DNA of 32,000 bases from Pseudidiomarina andamanensis (GTDB taxonomy: Bacteria; Pseudomonadota; Gammaproteobacteria; Enterobacterales; Alteromonadaceae), in NCBI RefSeq assembly GCF_009734345.1, contig NZ_CP032551.1, positions 1,620,001 to 1,652,000 on the forward strand. The letters are read 5' to 3'. Within the stretch, counting starts at the first letter, position 1, and every line of letters starts with the position of its first letter. The position numbers and the translations under genes were made by a program. This document shows positions 15,896 to 26,500 of the stretch, piece after piece. The notes under the pieces are model-generated. The model saw only the letters and a list, made by a program, of their open reading frames with translations, was not told the DNA's origin and did no database searches.

Positions 15896-17578
15896 CTAGA
15901 ACGTTTCGGGTTGCCAAGAGAGGCCGATGCGAGCATCGGTCACTTGGCATTCGCCACCGGCTTTCACGCGTTTGGTGGATTCATCGCCAGCCACCATTAA
16001 GCGAAATTCTTTCTCAATCAGATTGAAGCTATTACGCTCTTGGCAGAGCAAGCGTAATGAATCGACCATGCCGCGATCACTCAAGAAGCGTGTGGTTGGT
16101 GGTTCTTGCACCACTTCTTCACCTTTCGCAAAATGGACATTCGTGATGCCATCATCAGTGAACTGACCACGAGCGCCAGCCACTAAATAATGGAAGGTGG
16201 CAGCCACCGCATTCTCGGTTTGCTGGGCGCCAATACCAAAGAACACGCCACGCTCACCAAGCACTTCAAATGCGCCGTTCAACACATTCACCGCAAGCGC
16301 CGTGCGAGTATCGATACCCACTGCTACTGGCGTATTGGTAGTTGCCGCTACGCGCAGTAAGCGACCATGACGACCCATATCTGAGAACTGACCATCAAGT
16401 GTCGCAACACTAAACAGCCCGACACCACCAAGCGGGTGATAGGTTACACTATCGGAATTCATATTTCGTGGGCACGAATCATCTTTGCTGCAAGCAAACG
16501 GCGGCGCTTCACCGGCAATAACGCCGGCGCGCAAGGCTTCGGCGCTGGTGCCACTGGCCACCATCGAGCGCGCAGTCATCGCATTCATGGCATCACTGGT
16601 GGCACCCACCACTAACTTATTCGCGCGCATTTTCAGATAAATGCTGGTCATTAAATCGGTTGGTTGACTCAATGGGTTCAAGAACGCTTTGCGAACTAAG
16701 CCCGGATCATTGCCAACAATCAAAACGGCATCCGCCCAGTCGACAATTTTCGGGCCTTGCAGCGCATCTTTACAGAACGCGACTTGCTGCTTGTGCTGCT
16801 CAGGGAATACACGTGCGCGCTTCCAGGTGCCAAGCTCTTGCTCACGCAACGCATCAAGCTCATCGCATTTGCCAGTGCGCTGCGCTGCATTCACAGCGGC
16901 ATCAATTGGTAACCAGCGCACTTGCGCACCTAAGCTTTCAAATGCACTAATAAATGGCTCGACAGCGGTAATTGGGTCACGCGCGCCAGCGGCGGCAATG
17001 GCAATGCGCGGCATATCATCACTTGCGCGCACTTTATCGGCCTGTTCTAACATGGCTTGTAGAATTTGGCGCTTCGCTTCCACTTTCGTTAGCTTGATGC
17101 GCGCGGTGTCGTGCTTACCTTTCGGAGCCGGCATTTCAAGGTGGTCAATAATGAGGTTCCACTCACGTTCCGACAAACTGTCATATAAATGACGCGTGGC
17201 CCGGCGGGTAAATTCTTCTTGGAAGCTACGCTCCGGCACCACTTCAGAACGCATGCGCTCATATAAAATCTCCAGCGCCATTTTAACGTCATCACGGGTT
17301 TTACGACGGTGTACTGGCCACAACTCATCGCGCAACAGTGGCGTGGTGTAGGCTTCACTTAAATTAATGTAGCGATCGGTGCGCATAGTGGTGCCATCCA
17401 GCCAATCGGTGTCATTGCAGTGCGTCCACGCCATGCTTGAGCACAGTGCCATTTCATCACCCATCAAAAACAATTGATAATTAGGGCCGGTGGCGCGCTC
17501 CGCTTCTTGTGCAGATGCAGCTTGCGGAAACAACGCTCCCCCCACAACACATAAGGCAGCGATTATTGAATATTTCAT
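15896..17578 (-). CDS. exported cyanophycinase-like (peptidase S51 / class I GATase-like fold) protein with an N-terminal extension
   Basis: 560 aa. Signal peptide MKYSIIAALCVVGGALFPQAASAQE. The C-terminal part has LIVGNDPG, VVGATSDAMNAM (compare cyanophycinase GTSAGA), DGQFSDMGRHGRLLRV and GIDTRTALAV, resembling the cyanophycinase blocks DQHF..RGR.GRL and GIDE.TAL. Confidence 0.5.
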   Translation of the reverse strand: MKYSIIAALCVVGGALFPQAASAQEAERATGPNYQLFLMGDEMALCSSMAWTHCNDTDWLDGTTMRTDRYINLSEAYTTPLLRDELWPVHRRKTRDDVKMALEILYERMRSEVVPERSFQEEFTRRATRHLYDSLSEREWNLIIDHLEMPAPKGKHDTARIKLTKVEAKRQILQAMLEQADKVRASDDMPRIAIAAAGARDPITAVEPFISAFESLGAQVRWLPIDAAVNAAQRTGKCDELDALREQELGTWKRARVFPEQHKQQVAFCKDALQGPKIVDWADAVLIVGNDPGLVRKAFLNPLSQPTDLMTSIYLKMRANKLVVGATSDAMNAMTARSMVASGTSAEALRAGVIAGEAPPFACSKDDSCPRNMNSDSVTYHPLGGVGLFSVATLDGQFSDMGRHGRLLRVAATTNTPVAVGIDTRTALAVNVLNGAFEVLGERGVFFGIGAQQTENAVAATFHYLVAGARGQFTDDGITNVHFAKGEEVVQEPPTTRFLSDRGMVDSLRLLCQERNSFNLIEKEFRLMVAGDESTKRVKAGGECQVTDARIGLSWQPETF

Positions 17579-17731
17579 GGTGTACTCCTACAACTGAAGG
17601 CGGTCAACCTAACGGCAATCAACGTAAAGGTCAATTTTAGTCTAGTTTCATAAAAGCTTCGACCTGATATACTGCTAAAGGTTTAACTATCCGTTACGAC
17701 CACGAAAGACGACCATGAAAGGAAAGTTGTT

Positions 17732-19150
17732 TTGACTATGTTTCTGCGAATGCTATGTGCGTTACTGATTGTCGCTTCGACAGTCGCACCCCTGCGCGCG
17801 GAACAAACCACGCTAACCTTCCGCGCGCCTGACGAAGGCCCTGTAACCGCAGCCGTGCAACAGATACTTGAAGAGGCCTACGCTGAGTTAGGCATCACGT
17901 TGCGTTATGTCGAGATGCCGCGCAATCGCAGTTTAGTTGAAGCAAACGCTGGCCGTATCGCTGGAGAGCTGGGTCGGTTACCTGATCTCGACAAACAATT
18001 TCAAAATCTCACGCAGGTGCCATTCCCTTTGTTCGCGTTCGAGATTGTGCTGGTGGCTGATCGTCGTGATTGCGGCTTATGCGCTATTGATGACATTGAA
18101 AACCTAGCCTTTATTAGCGGCATGCAAACTGTTATCGGGCTTATTAAAGAACACCAATTTAAGGGCCCAACCGTTCAAGCGCTGGATATTCAGCAGTTGA
18201 ACTTAATGTTCACGAATAATCGCGTGAAAGCGGTGATGCTCAATGATTTTGAAGCGCGGCAGTTAGGCTATTACGATAATCCGCATCTCATTGTCACCCC
18301 AATGCTCTCGTTGATTGGCTATCACTTCTTGCATGAGAAGCACGCGCACTTAGTACCCGCATTGAACCAAGTACTTGAAGATATGCATGCATCAGGGCGT
18401 GTGGTGACTGTATATAGGGAGCATGGGGTGTCATTCGAAAGACGTACCGAGTTTCCAGAGCCGCCGTTGTACCCCGCGCTGTCGGCAACCGCTGGGTTAA
18501 TGGAAGAACGCGCTCACATCGATGGCACAGGACGTTATTGGCAATTGATTCAAGAAATTTTTGCGTCAGTAACACAAGAGTTGCAGCTACATACCAACAG
18601 TTATCAGCGCGCTGTACTTGGCTTTAACGAAAACCGCTTTGACATGCTGGTTGGCGGCACAAGAACGCAAGAGTCGATAGATGGCGTAGCGTCGTATACG
18701 CATTTCGATTACGACAGCCCGGTTTCAGCGTTTGCGCTTCAGCAAGCCGACCTTGATGCGATGTTAGATGGCACATTAAAGCGGCCAATTTGCTTTGTTG
18801 CTGGTTATGATTACCACAATTTCTTTCGCGAGGGGCTAAATTACTATTTAGCCAATAGTATTTTGGACTGTTTCGCCATGCTTGATATGCATCGAGTTGG
18901 TGCGGTGGTTACGTTTGACGATAATGCCCCTGATTGGGCGGGTAACGACTATGTGAAACATCAATTGCGCGAGGCGTTGCCCATTCATGTGATGTTTCAC
19001 AACACCCCACGCGGACGCGAATTACGCGATTGGTTTGATAAACGGCTGCGTGAGCTGGTTGAAAGCGGTGAAATAACGACCATCATGAACAAAACCCAAC
19101 TACAACATGCTCGCCTTGATGCGAGTTTACCTGAATCATCAACACGATAA
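17732..19150 (+). CDS. exported protein with two family-3 solute-binding-protein-like halves
   Basis: 472 aa. Signal peptide [22 protein letters not shown]. The track start is TTG 17732; ATG 17738 is an alternative. Product assignment is weak. Confidence 0.6.
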   Translation: MTMFLRMLCALLIVASTVAPLRAEQTTLTFRAPDEGPVTAAVQQILEEAYAELGITLRYVEMPRNRSLVEANAGRIAGELGRLPDLDKQFQNLTQVPFPLFAFEIVLVADRRDCGLCAIDDIENLAFISGMQTVIGLIKEHQFKGPTVQALDIQQLNLMFTNNRVKAVMLNDFEARQLGYYDNPHLIVTPMLSLIGYHFLHEKHAHLVPALNQVLEDMHASGRVVTVYREHGVSFERRTEFPEPPLYPALSATAGLMEERAHIDGTGRYWQLIQEIFASVTQELQLHTNSYQRAVLGFNENRFDMLVGGTRTQESIDGVASYTHFDYDSPVSAFALQQADLDAMLDGTLKRPICFVAGYDYHNFFREGLNYYLANSILDCFAMLDMHRVGAVVTFDDNAPDWAGNDYVKHQLREALPIHVMFHNTPRGRELRDWFDKRLRELVESGEITTIMNKTQLQHARLDASLPESSTR

Positions 19151-19164
19151 GTTTGAGTACTGGA

Positions 19165-19629
19165 ATGTTTCATATTGCCTTGTTTAACCCTGTGATGCCG
19201 GCCAACACTGGTAATGTCATTCGTCTTGCCGCCAACAATGGCTGTACGTTGCACCTCATTGAGCCGCTTGGCTTTGATTTCGAAGAGAAAAAATTGCGCC
19301 GCGCAGGGTTGGATTACCATGACTTGAGCCGTGTTGAGCGTTACCCCGATTTCAATGCATTTAAAGCGGCTATGGGTGACCGTGCCATTTACGCAATCAC
19401 AACCAAGGGCACACGGGGCTATGCCGAGGTACAGTACCAACCGGGCGATGTACTGTTGTTTGGCTCTGAAACCAGTGGTTTGGCGCCGGATGTGATGGCT
19501 CAAATTGCGCCTGAACAGCGCATTCGTATTCCCATGATGCCGAACAACCGCTCTCTTAACTTATCTAATTCGGTTGCCATTGTGAGTTATGAAGCGTGGC
19601 GCCAGCAAGGGTTCCCAGATGGCAGCTAA
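19165..19629 (+). CDS. trmL: tRNA (cytidine/uridine-2'-O-)-methyltransferase TrmL (SpoU family)
   Basis: [52 protein letters not shown]...[16 protein letters not shown] is colinear with E. coli TrmL/YibK. The track ORF starts at TTG 19153; ATG 19165 matches the E. coli N-terminus. Confidence 0.9.
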   Translation: MFHIALFNPVMPANTGNVIRLAANNGCTLHLIEPLGFDFEEKKLRRAGLDYHDLSRVERYPDFNAFKAAMGDRAIYAITTKGTRGYAEVQYQPGDVLLFGSETSGLAPDVMAQIAPEQRIRIPMMPNNRSLNLSNSVAIVSYEAWRQQGFPDGS

Positions 19630-20530
19630 CAACCCGCACGAAAACTATGCGTATTGGGTAAAAATTGCGACACGTGCGTCAGTTTCTGTCGCATTCATAT
19701 TAATTGCGGTAAAAATAGCGGCGTGGTTGATAACCGATTCCAGCAGTATGTTGGCGTCGTTAACCGATTCTCTACTCGATAGTCTCGCCAGCTTGTTCAC
19801 ATTTTTCGCGGTGCGTTATGCGGTGCAACCAGCCGACAATGAGCACCGGTTTGGGCACGGTAAAGCCGAATCGTTAGCGGCGTTGGTGCAGTCTGCGTTG
19901 ATTACCGGGTCGGCCATGCTGCTATTGATTCACAGTGTTCAGCAGTGGGTTCAAGGTACGCCTGTACAGCAAGCTGAAATTGGTGTGTATGTGTCGGTAT
20001 TCGCAATTGCATTAACGCTTGCGCTAGTGGTGTTGCAGCGGGTGGCAATTAAGAAAACTGGCTCTCAGGCAATTGCAGCCGATGCACTTCACTTTTCATC
20101 TGACTTATTACTCAACAGTGCGGTTATTGTGGCGCTTATTTTAAGTGCTTACGGGTGGCTGTGGGCCGATAGCGTTTTTGCCATCATCATTGCAGTATTT
20201 TTAGCGCAAGGGGCGGTACGTATAGGCTGGGATGCGTTTCAGTCACTGATGGATCGCGAGCTTCCTAGTGACGAAAAACAGCTAATTATCGATACTATTA
20301 AAGGCATTCAAGGCGTGCACGGTATTCACGGTTTAAAAACCCGCTCAGCTGGCCCAACCCGTTTTGTGCAAGCCCATATTGAGCTCGACGATAACCTAAA
20401 CTTGCGCCAAGCCCACGATATTGCCGATAAGGCCGAACTGGCTGTTGCCAACCTGTTCGACCATACCGACGTGATTATTCACATGGACCCGTTATCGGTT
20501 GTTCCGGCGAAGGTTGACGGAGCGACGTAA
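19619..20530 (+). CDS. fieF: cation diffusion facilitator family Fe/Zn efflux transporter
   Basis: Colinear with E. coli FieF: [59 protein letters not shown] prefer ATG 19619 (AAGGG 8 nt upstream, 11-nt overlap with trmL) over the track start at 19589. Confidence 0.88.
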   Translation: MAANNPHENYAYWVKIATRASVSVAFILIAVKIAAWLITDSSSMLASLTDSLLDSLASLFTFFAVRYAVQPADNEHRFGHGKAESLAALVQSALITGSAMLLLIHSVQQWVQGTPVQQAEIGVYVSVFAIALTLALVVLQRVAIKKTGSQAIAADALHFSSDLLLNSAVIVALILSAYGWLWADSVFAIIIAVFLAQGAVRIGWDAFQSLMDRELPSDEKQLIIDTIKGIQGVHGIHGLKTRSAGPTRFVQAHIELDDNLNLRQAHDIADKAELAVANLFDHTDVIIHMDPLSVVPAKVDGAT

Positions 20531-23500
20531 CGCCGCTCCCATCAAGCCCATCAACAATAACCACCAAGTCATTTGACCTGAAGATGATTGTGGTGCAGCC
20601 GGTTCATGCGGCACATTTACCTGTACTCGCAAGATACCTGAAGCCGTTGCCCCGCGATTATCTGTTACCACGTACACAACAGTTACTGCGCCTGTGATAC
20701 CCGTAGCTGGCGTTACGGTTACGGTGCCGCCTTCGAATGCAACGGTTCCCCCAGTACTTGAGGTGATTTCAGCTGATGCTACGGTTAGCGTGTCACCATC
20801 GGCGTCAATGTCATTGGCAACTACGTCGACGCTCACCGGCTTATTAACCACTGTACTCACCGTATCAACTGTCGTTTCTGGTGCACGGTTCGCTAATATC
20901 GTCACCGCAACAGAGGCTGTCGCAACACCACCGCGTCCATCATCAATGGCATAGGTGACCGTTGCCGTTCCGGCGTAGTTTGTTGGGGCATCGTAATGCA
21001 GTGCCGCGCCGTCGTTGATAACAGTTACTGTGCCGATATCTGCGTGCGCCGACGTAATCACGAGTGAATCGTCATCAGCATCAATGTCGTTGGCTAGTAC
21101 ATCAATTTCAGCATCCCCTTGCCAAATGACTGTCACCGAATCTGCCGTAGCTTCTGGCGTGGTATTGTCAGTTGCTGCAACACTTAGTGCACCCGGATCA
21201 ACAATCACACCGTTAGCCATACCATCTGCGTCGTTCGCACCACCATCTTCAAGCAGTAACTGCACACACCAGTGACCAGCTGTTAAACCGGCCTGCCACT
21301 GCGACGAGCCTAGTGCTGGACAAACGCCTGGTTCACCAGCAGCACTGAAGATCTGGTTGTTTTCGTCTTGCACAAAATCTTGCCATGCACCACCAATGTG
21401 CTTCCGATACAGGGCATTGGTTGGAATTGGTTGTGATAATGGCAGAACGATACGGCTGGTGCCGCCTAGCTCAGAGAGATCAAAGATTTCAAAATCAAAG
21501 GCCGAACCCATTCGGGTATGGTTTGTATCGACATCTAAATCTTCTGACACACTGATATGCGTGTTGAATTGACGCATGCCTAGCTCACCGAGTCGCAAAC
21601 ACGCACTCATTGAACCTTGAGCGAAGTGAATGTTACCCGCTTGTGCAGAACGTGCGGCTATCAGTTGGCAACTACGGCTTGGGTTTAGATAATTTGGCAT
21701 GCCCTGACCTAAGTCGTCATTGGTGCCATCATACATATCTGGTAAGCCATCGCCATCCGCATCGGTATCTGAACCCAGCGTAGGGTGAGCATCAACAGCA
21801 TTCAAAATTACACTCGCATAGCCACGCAGGCCTGCTGCGTCGGTTACTGTGACTCGAACGGTTGCCGCGGTATTCGCCGCAATTAACAGTGGGTCAATCA
21901 CATAGCGAGTGCCACCATCGGTTGCGCCGCCGGCAACTGGGCTTTGCCAATTGTAGGTGAGCGTATCACCGGCATTCGCATCGGTTGCCGTTGCCACTAA
22001 CTCGATCAAACCACCACTGCGAAGCACGGTAGTGCGCTTCTGGCCGTCTTGTGAGTAAGCGACGCTAACTTGCGGAGCCATGTTGGCAGCGCTACTGGTT
22101 ACCGAAACCTCTGCAACTTCGCCTAGGTTCATGCTATCTGCGAGCGCCACAACAATGGTATTGCCTGCAGCTGGAGCGGTAACACTGATGGTGCCTTGTG
22201 TGCCTTGCTCAAGCTCAAGCGAACTCGCGACACCATCAATGGTGTAGTTGATGACAAATGGGTAGCTTGGCGCCAGACCATTCAACATCACCGACAAGTT
22301 CACTGAGGCGCCAGCCGCTGTTGTTACGTTGCGTGCTAGCGATACCATCGGCACCACTTCAATGCGCTGACCAAGCACGGTACGCTCGCCATCTGCATTA
22401 GTCGCTTGCCACATCACTTCGTGTACACCTGGCGCGAATACTGGCGCCCGTTGCTCAACTAAACTGACTGGCAACGGCTGACCGTTTGCATCTGTCGCTG
22501 AAGCTTCGCCGAGCTCGACACGAGTGAGTGCGCCGGTTGCAGGAACAACAAGGTCATCAGGTACCACAAGATTGATGGCGCCAGAGCCAGTGATTGTCAC
22601 TTCAGCCGTGGCGGAGTCACGCCCACCCATACCATCGTCAACACTGTAGTTCACGCTGACTTTGCCGGTATATTGCGCATCAATTGTTAGCTGAACTTGA
22701 TTCGAAGCAATACTGACTGAACCGACACTTGCCGATGCTTCAACAAGTGTAAGCGAGTCTTCATTAATGTCGGTATCATTCGCTAATACGTCCAGTAAAT
22801 ACACGCCATCGTTATTGCGTGGCAGACTGAAAGTATCATCGTTTGCTACCGGCGGCTCTTGACTGTACGTCACTTCAATAGTGAACATCGGCAAACTTAC
22901 ACTAACAGTTCCGTCATTCACGCTAAGCGAAATATCAACCCAAACCGCAATGTCTTCCATTGCTGGCGTGCCACTCAACGTACCGGTTGCTGTATCGATA
23001 GTTAACCAAGTCGGTAAGTTTTCTGCACTGAATGTCAGCACGTCGTTATCGATATCTTCAACTGTTGGGGTGAAACTATAGGCTTCGTCCACTTCGGCAA
23101 ATGACGCTGGTGTGCCAGTAATGGTTGGCACATCATTAACGTTGGTAACTTCAATTGCGAACGCAGGAAGGTCGGCGGTTAACGTGCCATCACTCACCGT
23201 GATCACAATATTACTGTGAACGCCTACATCGTCATTGGTTGGCGTACCCGTCAGCGCACCGGTTGAGCTATTGAAACTCGCCCACGTTGGTGTGCCGGTA
23301 ATGCTAAAGCTAAGTGAGTCGCCATCAACATCAGATGCTGTCGGCGTAAAGCTATAGGCTGCATCTTGCGCAACGGTTGTTGCAGGCGTACCGCTAATCA
23401 CTGGTGCATCGTTCACGTTCGTTACTTCAATACTAAACGCTGGTAGCGATGCACTGAGTTCGCCATCGCTCACCGTGATAGTGAGACCAGCTGTACTACC

Positions 23501-26500
23501 CAAGTGATCTTGGGTTGGTGTTCCTGACAACGTTCCCGTACTGGTGCTAAACGTTGCCCAGACTGGTTTGTTCACAATGCTATAAGTAAACGAGTTGCTA
23601 TCAATATCGTTCACCGTCGGCGTGAAGCTATAGGCGGCATCCTGGGCAACTGTTGTCGCTGGGCTACCGCTTATAGTTGGCGCATCATTCACGTTCACCA
23701 CGGTGATGGTAAAGCTTGGTAAGCTTGCGCTTAATTCGCCGTCGCTCACACTGATGGTGATTGCTGCACTTGTGCCAACATGATCATTCGTTGGCGTGCC
23801 GGTTAGCGTACCCGTTACCGCACTGAAACTTGCCCATGCCGGCATGCCACTGATGCTGTAAGTGAAGCTAGTGCTATCAACGTCTGCCACTGCTGGCGTA
23901 AACGAATAAACACTGTCTTCGTTCACAGACGTTGATGGCGTGCCACTAATCGTCGGCGCATCATTCACGTTCACCACGGTAATCGAGAATGGCGCAAGTG
24001 AAGCACTTAAGGTGCCATCACTTACTGAGATGGTAACGCCTGACGCTGTACCCACATGATCATTAGTTGGAACGCCTGCCAAAGTGCCTGTAGTTGGGTT
24101 AAACGTTGCCCAAACCGGCTTATTGGCAATACTGAAGATTAGCGAATCGCCCACATCAACATCACTCGCCGATGGGGTAAAGCTATAGGGTGTATCCTCG
24201 TTTACTGACGTTACTGGGGTACCAATAATGGTTGGTGCATCATTCACGTTCACCACGGTGATAGAAAACGCTGCCAACGCGCTTCCTAGCTGACCATCAC
24301 TAACACTTATTTGAACGTTGCTATGAACACCAACATCGCTATTGCCTGGTGTACCTGCCAGTGCGCCAGTTAAAGTATTGAAACTTGCCCATGCTGGCTT
24401 GTTGGTGATGCTGAATGACAAGCTGTCGCCATCAATATCAAGCGCCGCTGGGGTGAACGAATAGAGACTATCTTGATCAACCGACGTTGCCGGTGCACCG
24501 TTGATTGTTGGTGCATCGTTGACGTTTTCAACGGTAATCGAAAACGCAGTTAACGTATCACTGAGCCCGCCATCTGACACCGAAATTTGAATGTTGCTAT
24601 GCACACCCACATCGGCATTCGTTGGCGTTCCGCTTAATGTTCCGGTGTTTGTGTCGAAGCTTGCCCAAGTTGGTGCGTTTAGTACCGCATACGTCAACGA
24701 ATCGCCATCGATATCATTGGCGGTTGGTGTGAAGCTGTACAACGCATCTTGTAACACCGTCGTCGCCGGCGAACCGCTGATTGTTGGTGCGTCATTAACG
24801 TTCACTACTTCAAGGTTAAAGGCCGGTAACGAAACTTGGTTGTCAGCATCAGCCACCGTAATCACGATGTTTTCTGTGACTCCCACATGTGCCTGTTGCG
24901 GTGTTCCAGAAAGCTCACCGGTGGTCGTCGAAAACGATGCCCATACTGGCTTATTGACGATACTGAAGGTCAGTGCATCATTTTCAGCGTCGGTAACCGT
25001 TGGTGTGAAGCTGTAGGTACTACCCTGCAACACGGATGTGCTTGGTGTGCCCGTAATAACTGGCGCGTCGTTGAGGTTGAGATAATAAACTTCTCGACCG
25101 AACTCCGGTAAGTTTGCGGTGAAGAAGTAGGTTTCGCCAACAGCTAATGACGTTGAATAGTTGCCGATATAATCGCCATCTTCGGCGCTCGTTAACTGAG
25201 TGATTTCGCCCGTTTCAAAACTGTATGAGTAGATATCTTCTTGCCAAGAGCTATTTGAAGAGCGCACATAGGCATATATATAAACCTGCGTATCTGTCGC
25301 TGTCATCATGCCATATGAAGTGGTGAGTGCGCCGGGTGATAAATCAGCAATTAATGACACCGAGTCACTAGCAAATTCATATTTAAAGAACTCATAGCCG
25401 GTTTCAGCAGTATAGGCATGCATCAGAATGCCATCACTGACCGGAGCGATGTATGACGATACTTGGAAATTTGTAGCTGGTGTTACAGCGACTGTGCTTT
25501 CAGTATTCGGGTTGTATTGAAAGAGTTGCCAATTGCTTGCGCCGTTGTATGCAGAAAAGTAGAGATTGCCATCGGTACCTTCCACAAAAAATCTTGGATT
25601 GCTTGAACTCCCGCCAGCGAAAATATCCGCCGCCAACTCAATGGCATTGGTTGTATGATTAATTCGGAAAAGCTCCCATCCATAGGTTGATGAGTAAACA
25701 CGAAAATAGAGATCGCCATTAAAACTTAGCAACTCCTCAAATTGACTAGTTAAATCGATACCGCCATAAACATCATTTACTTTTGCTAAAGAGTCAGTGG
25801 CTGGATCATAAACTGCTTGATACCAACTTGGATTGGCTGGGTCGACAGTCCCAAGGAAATAAATCTTGCCATTGGATTCAACAAGATTTCTCGCTGCTGA
25901 AAGACCGCCATTATCTGGCAATGCTAGATATTCGCGAATATCATTGGTCGTAGGGTTATAGGCAAATAGTTTACTACCGCCAATATCTGCGCTACCTGCT
26001 GCAAATATTAACTCACCATTGAGTTCTACCATCGTTGTGCTGTAGTTGAACGCGTTAGTTCCAACAACAATTTCTTGGTTCGGGGAAGTAAGAACTTTGG
26101 TTTCTGGGTTATACCGGAATAGTTCTATGCCAAACTCGTCGGTACTTGCAAAGAAATAAAGCTCCCCATTCATTTTATGCAATGCATTGGTAACAGAGCT
26201 GTTGCTCACCGAAACTGTCCCACCTACAGTTTGAACAGTGTTCGTTGCGACATCAAAACGAACCAAATCATGCTGTGGAAGCTCCTGCGTGCCGGCCCGC
26301 ATGTAAAGCACATCACCAACAACGATAAAACTGTCTGGACTACCTGAGACTGTTCCAGGGTAAATATCAGCAGCTAAAGAACTTGTAAGATTAGAGGGAT
26401 TGATACGATGTAATTCATAGCCATGCTCGTTGCTGTACGCGCGATAATAAACAGAGCCGTTGTAACTATTATAATGATACGGATTGGGATTTGTTGAGGC

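Noticed and set aside
20694-25111. + strand ORFs inside the adhesin gene (20694..20954, 21015..21275, 22881..23081, 24591..25016 and others) and minus-strand out-of-frame ORFs (25483..25719, 26374..26601)
   Set aside because: They are antisense or out-of-frame shadows of a 6.9-kb repeat-rich ORF. The repetitive Thr/Val/Ser translations simply mirror the repeats.
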